From: Octopus sinensis
Lineage: Eukaryota
Direction: 5' to 3'
Assembly (NCBI RefSeq): GCF_006345805.1
Contig: NC_043022.1
Location: 3,286,001 to 3,350,000, forward strand
Length of the DNA: 64,000 bases
Under the pieces are notes generated by a model. The model was not told the DNA's origin. It saw nothing but the letters and a program-made list of their open reading frames with translations, and ran no database searches. Positions 36,720 to 48,660 of this stretch are shown here, piece after piece. Every line of letters begins with the position of its first letter. The first letter of the stretch is position 1. Made by a program: the position numbers and the translations under genes.

Positions 36720-37860
36720 AGCCTGCACCATCAATCTTAATACCCCAAAGGGACAAAAGGCAAAGTTGACCTCTGCTGGATTTGAACTCAGAATGTAAAG
36801 GGCTGGAACAAATACCTTGTGGTATTTGTTCCAATGTTCCAACAGTTCTAACAATCCACTACCTTAGTTATATTTTCAATAACAGTTTTAAATTTTGGCG
36901 CAAAGCCAGCAATTTGAGTGTGGGGGAGTAAGTTGATTACATCAACCCCAGTATTCAACTGGTACTTATTTTATTGACCCTGAAAGAATGAAAGACAAAG
37001 TCAGCCTCAGTAGAATTTGAACTCAGAACATAAAGACAGACAAAATACTGCTAAGCATCTTGCCTGGCGTGCTAACGAGGGCCCGAAATTTTTGGAGAGG
37101 TGGGGCAGTTGATTAGATCAACCCCAGTATGCAACTGGTACTTAATTTATCAACCCCGAAAGGATGAAAGGCAAAGTGGAATTTGAACTCAGAACATAAC
37201 GGCAGACAAAATACCTATTTCTTTACTACCCACAAGGGGCTAAACACAGAGAGGACAAACAAGGACAGACAAAGGGATTGTCGATTTATATCTACCCCAG
37301 TGCATAACTGGTACTTATTTAATTGACCCCGAAAGGATGAAAGGCAAAGTGGAATTTGAACTCAGAATGTAAAGACATGAGATTCCTATTTCTTTACTAC
37401 CCACAAGGGGCTAAACACAGAGGGGACAAACAAGGACAGACAAACAAATTAAGTCGATTTATATCTACCCCAGTGCGTAACTGGTACTTATTTAAGGCGG
37501 CGAGCTGGCAGAAACGTTGGCACGTCGGGCGAAATGCTTAGCGGTATTTCGTCTGCCGTTACATTGTGAGTTCAAATTCTGCCGAGGTCGACTTTACCTT
37601 TCATCCTTTCGGGGTCGATAAATTAAGTACCAGTTACGCACTGGGGTCGATGTAATCGACTTAATACCTATGTCTGTCCTTGTTTGTCCCTTCTATGTTT
37701 AGCCCCTTGTGGGTAATAAAGAAATTGGTACTTATTTAATCGACCCCAAAAGGATGAAAGGCAAAGTCGACCTCGGTGGAATTTGAACTTAGCGGCAGAC
37801 AAAATACTGCTAAGCATTTCATCTGGCATGCTAATGACTCTGCCAGCTCATGCCTTAATT
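36720..37860. mobile_element. Cluster of SINE family C copies (mostly minus strand, one + copy nested at about 37494-37725)
   Basis: Repeated CTGGTACTTA..GACCCCGAAAGGATGAAAGGCAAAGT; the nested copy is flanked by TGGTACTTATTTAA duplications. Confidence 0.82.
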
Positions 37861-38639
37861 ATAATTTCAATAATACAAAGAATTAATTTTGGTAATTAGT
37901 GTATGTTTCTTCACAAGCTGAGATTTCACTGTGATGACCCACTGTATTCAAAATATCTTCAGTTATTCTTTCACTGTACCGTTTCTAGTTTTCTTCAGGG
38001 TTTTTTTTTGTGTGTGTGTATGGTGGCGGGGGGGGGGGGGGCACCATAATCAACAAAACGGTATTTTAAATGAAAATCTTGTTCCTGGATTCAAAATTTA
38101 GAGCAAAAAAACAAAAAAACTTGGAAATCTAAAAACAGCAGGAAATTGTAGATCAGATTTATATTATTTGTCAAAAATAAATATATTTTTAGATAAACCT
38201 AAAATAGATAAAGTTGTTTTAATAATTAGTTAACAAGGTTTACTAATTAATTAACGTAAATCACATCTAAATGAAAATTAAATAGTGTTAAATTGATTCT
38301 TGCCAAAAATAGGATTAGATATCTGAATATTTTTTAGGCATTTATTTTCAGTGTTTTTTCTGGTTTTCAGTGTCTTCCCCATCCACCCTATTATTGTCTT
38401 ATAATTAATTATAATTATATAATTAATTATAATTTCCTTCCAAACACTAGCACCATTGGAACACATTTATTCATATGTTTTTGTTTATAAATTTGAGGTA
38501 TTTTTATTCTTTTTTTTTTTGTTTTAATTATTGGCAAACATCTTTTGGCAACCAATATTTTCGTTGTATGGTTTTAGGCATAAAATTACCCATTTTAATA
38601 CTAACCTACCTGACAATACCTCTTGTTCTATGAATACAA

Positions 38640-39320
38640 ACTTTCCCATTAAATTAAAGGCTTCCATCAAAATTTCACATTGATTTATATTCCAAATACC
38701 AGTTTGATAATAATGACAGAATCATTTTAGTAAATTTTCCGTTATTTTCAAAATTAATTTAAACAAAGGCAGTGCATTTCAACAGAAATATGGTAACAAA
38801 AGGGTTAAAGTAATCTAAACTAAAACCTTCAATCAAAATTTTGGGTTAATTTATGTTCCAAAAATCACTTTAATAATGACAAAATTTATTTTAGTAAATT
38901 CGTTATTTTCAAAATTAATTGAAACAAAAACAGTGTATTTCAGCTGATATATGGTAACAAAAGGGTTAAAGTAATCTAAACTAAAACCTTCAATCAAAAT
39001 TTCGGATTAATTTATGTTCCAAAAATAACTTTAATAATGACAAAATTTATTTTAGTAAATTCGTTATTTTCAAAATTAATTGAAACAAAAACAGTGTATT
39101 TCAGCTGATATATGGTAACAAATGGGTTAAAGTGATCTAAACTAAAACCTTCCATTAAAATTTCGGGTTAATTTATGGTTTTTTTTATTGTTTTTTTTTA
39201 TCTAGTTTCAGCTCACAAGCTGTGGCCATGCTGGGGCACCGCCATTTCTAAACACTAGCTTACTAAATTCTTCATTATTTTCAAAATTTGTTCCTAAAGC
39301 AGCATATTTCAACTGAAATA
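38640..39320. repeat. ~161-bp tandem array derived from a piggyBac-type MITE end
   Basis: GGGTTAAAG recurs at about 38802, 38963 and 39124 (period 161). Confidence 0.85.
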
Positions 39321-40034
39321 TATAGCATCGGAAGAGCCAAGATTCCTTGAAATCACAAATTGGTTGTGATGTGTTTGACTATAATGAACTTCTTAACCAT
39401 TTAATTACAATGTGTTTACTGTATGCATCATATTGTGCATCAGTGATAGAGATGTTATATTCCCTATATTAGAGGGTAACATGGCCTCTATATCATCATC
39501 ATTTAATGCCTGGTTTTTCCATGCTGGCATGGGTTGGACAGCTTGACCGAGGACTGGCAGGTCAAAAGAGCAGCACCAGGCTCCAACCGTCTGATTTGGC
39601 TTGGTTTCTTTGAGTGGATGTTCTTCCTAATGCCAACCACTTTCCAAGGTGTACTCTGCTAGCCAGCTCCATGTCAAACCTTGATGTGTCAAATTAGTTT
39701 CCTTAGTGATATAAATTGTCTTCATTTCTTAGGTTGTCAGTGTATCTTTTGAAGATTTAGAATTCAGATTGGGTGGCTGGAGTATCAGCTTGCTTGGAAA
39801 CGAGAACAGGTTGGTGACAGGAAGAGCATCTGGTTGTAAAAAAACCCTGCCTCAGCAAATGTTGTTTGACCATGAAAGCATAGAAAAGTAAACAATTCTT
39901 CTGTTTCCCTCTGACCAAACTCATTTCCTTGTATTTCTCATTGTAATTGTGGCCATATTAGGATTGAAAAATGGGGTTGGTAGACAAATTGCTACTCATT
40001 AGCATTCACGTTATCAAATGTAGTGATTATCTAT

Positions 40035-40432
40035 ACTCTCTTTACTCTTTTACTTGTTTCAGTCATTTGACTGCGGCCATGCTGGAGCACCGCCTTTAGT
40101 CGAGTAAATCGACCCCGGGACTTATTCTTTGTAAGCCCAGTACTTATTCTATCGGTCTCTTTTGCTGAACCGCTAAGTGACGGGGACGTAAACACACCAG
40201 CATCGGTTGTCAAGCAATGTTGAGGGGTCAAACATATACAGACACACATACATATATATACATATATACGACAGGCTTCTTTCAGTTTCCATCTACCAAA
40301 TCCACTCACAAGGCATTGGTTGGCCCAAGGCTATAGAAGAAGACACTTGCCCAAGGTGCCACGCAGTGGGACTGAACCCGGAACCATGTGGTTGGTAAGC
40401 AAGCTACTTACCACACAGCCACTCCTACGCCT
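40035..40432 (-). mobile_element. SINE family B
   Basis: Full-length antisense copy. Confidence 0.9.
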
Positions 40433-40711
40433 ATGCACATTGTTTTGAATTAATCCTGGCTTAAGCTTGTAACTTCAAGATTTCAATGTTGCTCATTTTT
40501 TGAATGACATTGTAGGGTAGGTGTGAGGCACCAGATCTGGCCAATTTGAACATAAAGTGGAGAATATTTGAGCTCATTCAACCGTTTAGCATTCAGATTA
40601 CTCTCTCAAACGTAATGCTTATTTATTCCCATTTGTTTTGAATTAATCATGCATTATCTTGTAGCTTTGATATTCTGATGATGTGATTGTTCACTTTTAG
40701 AATGACATTGT

Positions 40712-40964
40712 ATGGGTATGGCCTGGCCAGCCTGTAATGACATGCATAAGATCTGGTCATCAAATCTAAGTAGAGACTTCAAACTTGAAATCTTCAAAGC
40801 CACAGTCGAACCAATTCTACTATATGGCTCAGGAACCTGGATGTTATCAAAGAAGCTTGAGAGGCAGTTGGATGGGACCTACACTCGCCTCCTTATGAGA
40901 GCTCAAAATCTCTCGTGGAAGCGCCATCCAACCAAAATGCAAATATATGGGAAACTACCACCTG
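40712..40964 (+). mobile_element. RTE LINE internal fragment inside a P1-like MITE
   Basis: KIWSSNLSRDFKLEIFKATVEPILLYGSGTWMLSKKLERQLDGTY; same family as 31790. Confidence 0.85.
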
Positions 40965-41217
40965 ACCGGTTTAAAAGCTAAAGGGTTAATAGGTACACCT
41001 GAAATCTAACTTCTCTTCTGGTGACCTGGTATTCTCCTTTACTCCCCCAGTCCACACCATCTTCCATTCTTTCCTGGCCCGTCTTTTACTTTTCATGGCT
41101 AGAACCTTACACCATCCAATAGTTCCAGTCAATGGTTAACAGCAAGATGTCTGGAAGAGACTCCCTGGTGTCTTTGATAGCATGGATCTTTGTCTCCAGT
41201 TTTTCTCAACATACATA

Positions 41218-41430
41218 GGCGCAAGAGTGGCTGTGTGGTAAGTAGCTTGCTAACCAACCACATGGTTCCGGGTTCAGTCCCACTGCGTGACATCTTGGGC
41301 AAGTGTCTTCTGCTATAGCCCCGGGCGACCAAAGCCTTGTGAGTGGATTTGGTAGACGGAAACTGAAAGAAGCCTGTCGTATATATGTGTATATCTATAT
41401 ATATATATATATTTTTATATATATATATAT

Positions 41431-41463
<33 letters not shown>

Positions 41464-41680
41464 GTGTGTTTGTGTGTCTGTGTTTGTCCCCGTAGCATTG
41501 CTTGACAACCGATACTGGTGTGTTTACGTCCCCGTCACTTAGCGGTTCGGCAAAAGAGACCGATAGAACAAATACTAGGCTTACAAAAGAATAAGTCCCG
41601 GGGTCGAGTTGCTCGATTAAAAGGCGGTGCTCCAGCATGGCCACAGTCAAATGACTGAAACAAGTAAAAGAGTAAAAGAA
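41218..41680 (+). mobile_element. SINE family B
   Basis: Full length with an expanded internal (TA)n. Confidence 0.9.
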
Positions 41681-41835
41681 TACATGTTACCTGAGTATTT
41701 TTGAAGTTTTTTAACCTGTCTCTGGTCCAGGATTTGTTTCAGTTTCCATTATCTTCTTTCTTCAGATAGTCTTGTGTCTGCCATTCTCACTGGTTCTTAA
41801 GCTGCTATCAATAGTCATTAATATTTATATATGTA

Positions 41836-42348
41836 CCGTAAATCCTCGAGTATAGTCCGCCCTTGAGTATAATTCGCAGGGGATTTTTAGGGGGCTGTAC
41901 TTCTGAAAAACCTAAACCTTGTGCATAATATGCATCCCTTCTCTAACTTGAGTCAAGGAGGTCTATATAACGTCCTTGCTTTGTAAAAATGTATACGGTA
42001 ACGTCCTTTATTATTATTGTATATATAACATAATGCAAACATGTAGCTTTTTTGTGCATTTTGTTTGCAGAAAATAAAGAAATAACAGTAATAACGTTTC
42101 ATAAATGTTGTTTACTGCAAGTTATGGATGATTCCTTTATGACTTCATTGCTTTCAGGCTTAGCTTAAGGTATTTTCACGCCCGACATCACAAAATGCGT
42201 CTGAATAAACATCGCCGGACGGCAAATAGAGACTCGGACATTGCTTGGAAAATAATTTTCATTTTTGACCTCGTGTATAATGCGCACTAGGGATTTTGAC
42301 CTTTAAATTTTGGGAAGGAAAATGAGGATTATACTCGAGGATTTATGG
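41836..42348. mobile_element. pogo/Tigger-type (Tc1/mariner superfamily) MITE
   Basis: TA|CCGTAAATCCTCGAGTATA ... TATACTCGAGGATTTATGG|TA. Confidence 0.85.
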
Positions 42349-42884
42349 TATATAAAAGTCAAGCTAAATAAAATCGTTGTCTTCCACACATACAGGCTTG
42401 TCCTTTCGGGTGCCGGTGACACTTAAAAAGCTTCCTTGCCCATGCTCTGTAAACATACCTGTGCTGGTGGCACGTAAGAAGCACCCAGCACACTTTGTTA
42501 AGTGGTTGGCATTGGGAAAGACATCCAGCCATAAAAACCATGGCTCAACAGACAATCAGAGACTAGACAACTCTCTGCTAGCCAGCTCCATGTCAAACCG
42601 TCCAACTCATGCCAGCATGGAAAGCAGACATTAAATGAGGATTTGTGTAAAAACACACATGCACATATATATGTGTGTGTGTGTGTGTGTGGCAATAACA
42701 GTATCATTTTTAAAATGGCTGGTACAAAGAAGTCTACACTGCCACTGAAAGAGAATGAGTCTCTCTCTTTGTTTTTTTGTCATATATTTATTGTTCTTTT
42801 TGAGGATGTTTGGTGGAACTCTTTACACTTCTTGTACATGAAATATCGCTTTTGTGTGTCCATAGTCAAAATGTTTGTCTCATG

Positions 42885-42915
<31 letters not shown>

Positions 42916-43124
42916 ATACATATATATAATTGTACAAGAGCTGTAATGGGATCACCAAACATAAAATGTGATAAATGTATCACAAAACACAAAAGGAATG
43001 TATGGGTGTACACAGTGAATAGTACAATGTGTGTGTGTGTGTATCTGTATATCTGTGTGTGTGTGTATACATACACCCACACATATATATATTCAACATA
43101 ATAGACTTGGTGGATAGGTGAGGC

Positions 43125-43337
43125 TAACCCGGCCAAAACCGGCTCTGGCTCTGTGGTAAAATGTCTTGTTTTCATAGGTTTCGAATTAAAATCTTCCACC
43201 AAACCTTAGTCACAATTTACGTTCCTAACACTAGCTGAATGATGACTAAGTTATTTTACTAAATTCTTTTGTTATATTTAAAGTAATTGAAAGAAACACA
43301 GAGCATCTCAAAATAAATACAGTAACGAAAGGGTTAA
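43125..43337. mobile_element. piggyBac-type MITE family P2
   Basis: Homologous to 9554-9957; ends AAGGGTTAA. Confidence 0.8.
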
Positions 43338-43407
43338 TCAACCTGAATACCACTCCCAGTGACAAACTTATGTTGTTCTATATTTCTTAACTTATATGTA
43401 TATATAC

Positions 43408-43439
<32 letters not shown>

Positions 43440-43553
43440 ACATACATATATATATGTATATATAGTGAGAATTTACAAAAAAAACAAAAGACGAAGACAG
43501 GTGTATAAACAACAAGCAGATGTATTAGTTTAACACTCAGGAAGCGAGGAAGT

Positions 43554-43589
43554 CTTTTACGTTTCGAGCCTACGCTCTTTGACAGAAAG
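43554..43589 (-). ncRNA. Degenerate minimal hammerhead-like motif within a short (TA)n-flanked element (about 43465-43645)
   Basis: Minus strand reads CUUU-CUGUCAA-A-GAGC(GUAG)GCUC-GAAA-CG-UA-AAAG; the stems are intact and the core is altered. Confidence 0.5.
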
Positions 43590-43870
43590 GAACACAGAAA
43601 TAAACAGGGAGAGAAAATAGAAAAGGGTTTAGTGGCTAGCGATATGTATAAACATCATCATCACCACTTAACAGCTACTTCCCATGCTGGTGTGGGTTGG
43701 ATAGTTTGACTGGAGCTGCACTAGATTCCAGCCTGATTTTGCATGATTTCTAAGGCTGGAGTGTAATGGCTGCTTTTACGTGCCACCATCATGGGTGCCA
43801 TTCACATATGGCACTGGCAACAACCACAGCTACGATGCATGGGTGCCTTCCACACATACAGGCTTGTCCC

Positions 43871-43929
43871 TTCACCATCATTGATTGTTGGGGATCAAAC
43901 TGGTCAGTGCTTCCAACAGGAAAACACAG
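43871..43929 (+). promoter_or_regulatory. Intronic sequence complementary to the exon-3 acceptor and 5' exon (candidate ECS)
   Basis: 43876-43929 is the reverse complement of 44718-44769 at 47 of 52 positions, with two 1-nt bulges. The function is inferred. Confidence 0.55.
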
Positions 43930-44730
43930 CCTTGGGTTGACCAAAGCCTTGTGAGTGTGGCACTGACACTACTTGATATATCACAGCATATATTTTTCCT
44001 TTCAATAGCATCAGGTCAATGAATGACCCCTGACCCCTGACCCCTGGATCACTTGTTAACCTTCATTACTGTTTTGTTGTCATAGAATTTTCATGAGATT
44101 ATTTCTTTGCTTTTCTTTGCATATTTTCCACAAGATGGTATCTTGCCAGATATAGTCAAGTTCGCAATGCATTCCTGGCTGACCATTTTGTCAATTATTC
44201 TAAGTTTTTCCACTGGTTGTAGAAAATTTTGCCATAAGAAATTTCATCTTAAATGATTTCATGACGTTTTTTTCAAAAATATCTGACATGGAAACCAGCC
44301 CTTATGAGTTGGCATAACTCAAGAAGGTAATTTTACTTGTGGAGGTATGTGGTGGCTTACTGGTTAGGGTGTTGGACTCCAGATCAAAAGATTATGGTTT
44401 CGATTCCCGGACAGGGTGACACGTGTTCTATAAGCAAGACATTTCATTTCACGTTGCTCCAGTCCACTCAGCTGGCAAAAATAAATAACGGTGGGGCAGT
44501 CTGGTGTCCCATCCAGGGAGGAATAGATATTCCAGAGAAACCTGAAACCAACTCTATGCTTCTTATGGATGGGATTTGAACCCCAAAACAACATATTACA
44601 CGTTATTTTGTCTGGCGTTTTGTAACTCTGCTAATTTTTCACCTTTTTATTTTTCTACTTTCGTTTTCAAGAGAATTAATGATGTCTTCTGCACAACAAA
44701 GAACCCTAAATGTTTTTCTGTATTTTCCAG

Positions 44731-44895
44731 TCGGAAGCATTGACCAGTCTGACCCCACAATCAATGATGATGATGAATATGACATTCGAAGACGACATTG
44801 AGTGTGATGACGAATGTTCCCCGATTCCTCTGGCAAATTCCACAATGGCAACACATTTTAATCAGATCGGAACACACCACAACCTTTCCGAGGAG
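44731..44895 (+). CDS. BICDL1: BICDR/BICDL1-like, internal exon 3 (low-complexity acidic linker)
   Basis: ttttccag|TCG acceptor and GAG|gtatgt donor; 165 nt, open, phase 0-0. Encodes SEALTSLTPQSMMMMNMTFEDDIECDDECSPIPLANSTMATHFNQIGTHHNLSEE. It is unique sequence among repeats and in frame with its neighbours, but I recall no homology for it. Confidence 0.75.
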
Positions 44896-44906
44896 GTATG
44901 TATAAT

Positions 44907-45308
44907 CTCTTTACTCTTTTTACTCTTTTACGTGTTTCAGTCATTTGACTGCGGCCATGCTGGAGCACCGCCTTTTAGTCGAGCAAATCGACCCCGGGAC
45001 TTATTCTTTGTAAGCCCAGTACTTGTTCTATCGGTCTCTTTTGCCGAACCGCTAAGTTACGGGGACGTAAACACACCAACATCGGTTGTCAAGCAATGCT
45101 AGGGGGACAAACACAAACACACACACACATATATTTATATACATATATACGACAGGCTTCTTTCAGTTTCCGTCTACCAAATCCACTCACAAGGCATTGG
45201 TCGACCCGGGGCTATAGCAGAAGACACTTGCCCAAGGTGCCACGCAGTTGGACTGAACCCGGAAACCATGTGGTTGGTTAGCAAGCTACTTACCACACAG
45301 CCACTCCA
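44907..45308 (-). mobile_element. SINE family B
   Basis: Full-length antisense copy starting about 11 nt after the exon-3 donor. Confidence 0.9.
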
Positions 45309-46508
45309 TGCAGTTGTTGTTAATTTTCTTTTGTTTCTTTTACTTGTTTCAATCATTGGACTGTGGCCATACTGGGGCACCGCCACGAAGGGTTTTAGTC
45401 AAACAGATGGATCCCAGTGCTTAATTTTTTAAAGTCAGGTGCTTAAACTATCTTTGTCTCTTTTAACAAACCACTAAACTACAGGGCCATAAATAAACCA
45501 ACAGCTGGTTGTCAAGCAGTGGCGGGACAAACACAATGACTCACACACATACATACATGGTTTGGGTATGGCTGTGTGGTAAGAAGCTTGCTTCCTGACC
45601 ACGTGGTTCTGGGTTCAGTCCCACTGCATGGCACCTTCTATTATACCTTTGTGAGTGGATTTGGTAGATGGAAATTGAAGGAAGCCCATCATATATACAA
45701 TTATGTATGTGTGGATTTGTGTCTGTATTTATCCCCCACCGCCACTTGACTGTTGTTGGTTTGTTTGTGTCCCTGTAACTTGGTGGTTCAACAAGAAAAG
45801 ACCAGCAGAATAAATACCAGGCTTAGAAAAGAAAATAATAAGCATTGACATTGATTCATTTAATTAAAATTTTCTAAGGCAATGCCCCAGCATGGCCACA
45901 GTCTAATGACTGAAACAAGTAAAAGATGCAAAAGATGGGATTTTAAAATTTGTTTTCAAAAGTATATCAAAGTAATTTTAAAATTTTATTAATCGTTAAG
46001 ATATTTTGGAGCCAAGGTGATATGCTTAAACATTAATTAGCACAAGTAATGGGTTAATTGCTTGCACATCATCATCTCATTAAAGAAAAGAAGAAAACAA
46101 AATTGGCATTCTGCCAAAATAAACAATCATTATTGAATTCTTTGAAATGTTTCTCTGCAAAGAAACACAAAGCTAAAATTGTATTTTCTTATATATTTTT
46201 TTCTTCATTGTCATCGCCTTTTACAATATTTTCAATTCCACCCTTTCTCTCATGTACATTGTCTACAAATTTTACTACCATGAGTCACTGGTTTAACAAG
46301 GTTGTTTTCATAAGGCTTTCTTAGAAAAAGCTCACTTCTGTCTACATTTTAATACAACCGATGTTATAAAGGCAGTGAGTTGGCAAATCCTTTCACATGC
46401 CAGGCAAATTGCTTAGTGGTATTTCGTCTATTTACCCTAAGGAATTTCACCATATAGAAAATTTGCCTTATGGACAATGATAAAAAGTTTTTATAAAAGC
46501 TCTAAATA

Positions 46509-46909
46509 GGCGCAGGAGTGGCTGTGTGGTAAGTAGCTTGCTAACCAATCACATGGTTCCGGGTTCAGTCCCACTGCGTGGCATCTTGGGCAAGTGTCTT
46601 CTGCTATAGCCCCGGGCCAACCAATGCCTTGTGAGTGTATTTGGTAGACGGAAACTGAAAGAAGCCTGTCGTATATATGTATATATATATGTGTGCATGT
46701 ATGTGTTTGTGTGTCTGTGTTTGTCCCCCTAGCATTGCTTGACAACCGATGCTGGTGTGTTTACGTCCCCGTAACTTAGCGGTTCGGCAAAAGAGACCGA
46801 TAGAATAAGTACTGGGCTTACAAAGAATAAGTCCCGGGGTCGATTTGCTCGACTAAAGGCGGTGCTCCAGCATGGCCGCAGTCAAATGATTGAAACAAGT
46901 AAAAGAGTA
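46509..46909 (+). mobile_element. SINE family B
   Basis: Full-length copy. Confidence 0.92.
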
Positions 46910-47852
46910 TAGGTTAGTCTTTATTCAATGTCAGATATTCAGAGTTCAAATTCCACCGAGGGCGGCTTTGTTCTTCATCATTTCAGGGTCGGTAAAATAA
47001 GTACCAGTGGACTACTGGGGTCGATGTAATTGACTTACCTCCTTCTCCGAAATTACTGGGCGGCAAGCTGGCAGAAGCGTTAGCATGCTGGGCAAAATGC
47101 TTAGTGGCATTGAGTCTGTCTTCACATTCTGAGTTCAAATTCCACTGCGGTTGACTTTGCCTTTACATCCTTTTCGAAGCCAATGAAATAAGTACCAGTT
47201 GAATACTGGGGTCAATGTAATCAACTGACTCCCTCCCCCGAGCATTACTGGCCTTGTGCCAAAATTTGAAACCAATATCACTCAGATTCAGGCCACACAG
47301 GTGAGTGCTTGTATGGCATCATGTAAAAGCAGCCCCCGTGTGGCACTACATAGCAGCGCCCGTGTGGTGCCACTTAAAAGAGCACCCAGTACACTCTGTA
47401 GAGTGGTTGGCATTAGGAAGGGCATCCAACTGTGGGAACCATGCCAAATCAGACTGGAGTCTGGTGAAGCTGCTTGCCAGCTCTGGTCAAACTGTCCAAC
47501 CCATGACAGCATGGACAACAGACATTAAATGGTGGTGGTGTTGATGATGATGATGGTTACTTAGATTCAAGGTAGCAAGTGCAGGGGCCATTCAGCTTTT
47601 CTAAGCCCTGTAAAAGAACTCAGAAGGTTGGGTCTCCAACCATGCCTTTCGCAATACACTTAAAACCAGGAACTTGGCAGAATCATTACCATGTTGGACA
47701 AAATGCTTAGCAGTTTTTCTTCCAGTTCTTGAGTTCAAATTCCACTGAGGTAACCGACTGCCCCTTCCTCGCAAAATTTCCGGTCTTGTGCCTAAATTAG
47801 GAAGAATATGACTCAGACTACACTGTACCTGTTGTAATAAATAACACACCAT

Positions 47853-48320
47853 ATGAGGGGTTGGGGTGTGCTGAAAAGTTCCTGGTTTTAAGGGTATCGC
47901 GAAAGGCATGGTTGGAGACCCAACCTTCTGAGTTCTTTTATGGGGCTTAGAAAAACTGAAGGACCCCTGCAATAAATGTGTGAATCTGAGAAGAGAATAT
48001 GTTGGATAAAATCATAATTAACTGATTCTCCTGTATTTTCTTTTACCCAAAGCCAGGAACTTTTTAGCATGCCATTGTATATATATATATATATATATAT
48101 ATGTATGAGGGGGTTCTGAAAAGTTCTTGGCTTTAAGGGTGTCAAGAAAGGCCTAGTTGGAGGCCCAACCTTCCGAGTTGTTTTACAGGGCTTAGAAAAA
48201 CTGAAGGACCACTGCAATAAGTGTGTGAATGTGAGAAGGGGTTATGTTGAATAAAATCATAATTAACTGGTCCTCATCCTGTATTTTCTTCTACTCAAAG
48301 CCAGGAACTTTTCAGCACAT
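47853..48320 (+). mobile_element. Two tandem mariner-derived MITEs
   Basis: TIR CTGAAAAGTTC(C/T)TGG / CCAGGAACTTTT; internal GLEKLKDxCNKCVNxRxxYVx mariner C-terminus; copies separated by (TA)n; inverted partial copy at about 47590-47675. Confidence 0.8.
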
Positions 48321-48660
48321 ATACATGTCATAGTAGTAGTAGTAGCAGCAGTAGAAAGCATGCTGTACGTGCAATAGTACATACCAAACTGTACTCTGTA
48401 TTGTTGTGATAAAGCTGAAGAATCAGACATGTGAATCTAAGAAAAAAAAAAATTGGAAACGATTTTGGCTTTCCAATTTGGGAAGCTCGTTAAATCGCTT
48501 AATGGCGTGTTTATTTTGATTGGGGTATCAGGAGGAGGGGTGGGGGTAATTTCTTTTGGAACTTAATGGATGGAATTCATAGAATTTAATGCCAAGAATG
48601 TTGCTTGGGTAAATTTGGGTAAGTTTTTCATGGCTCCAAAGCACTGTTGCTACCCCTGCT

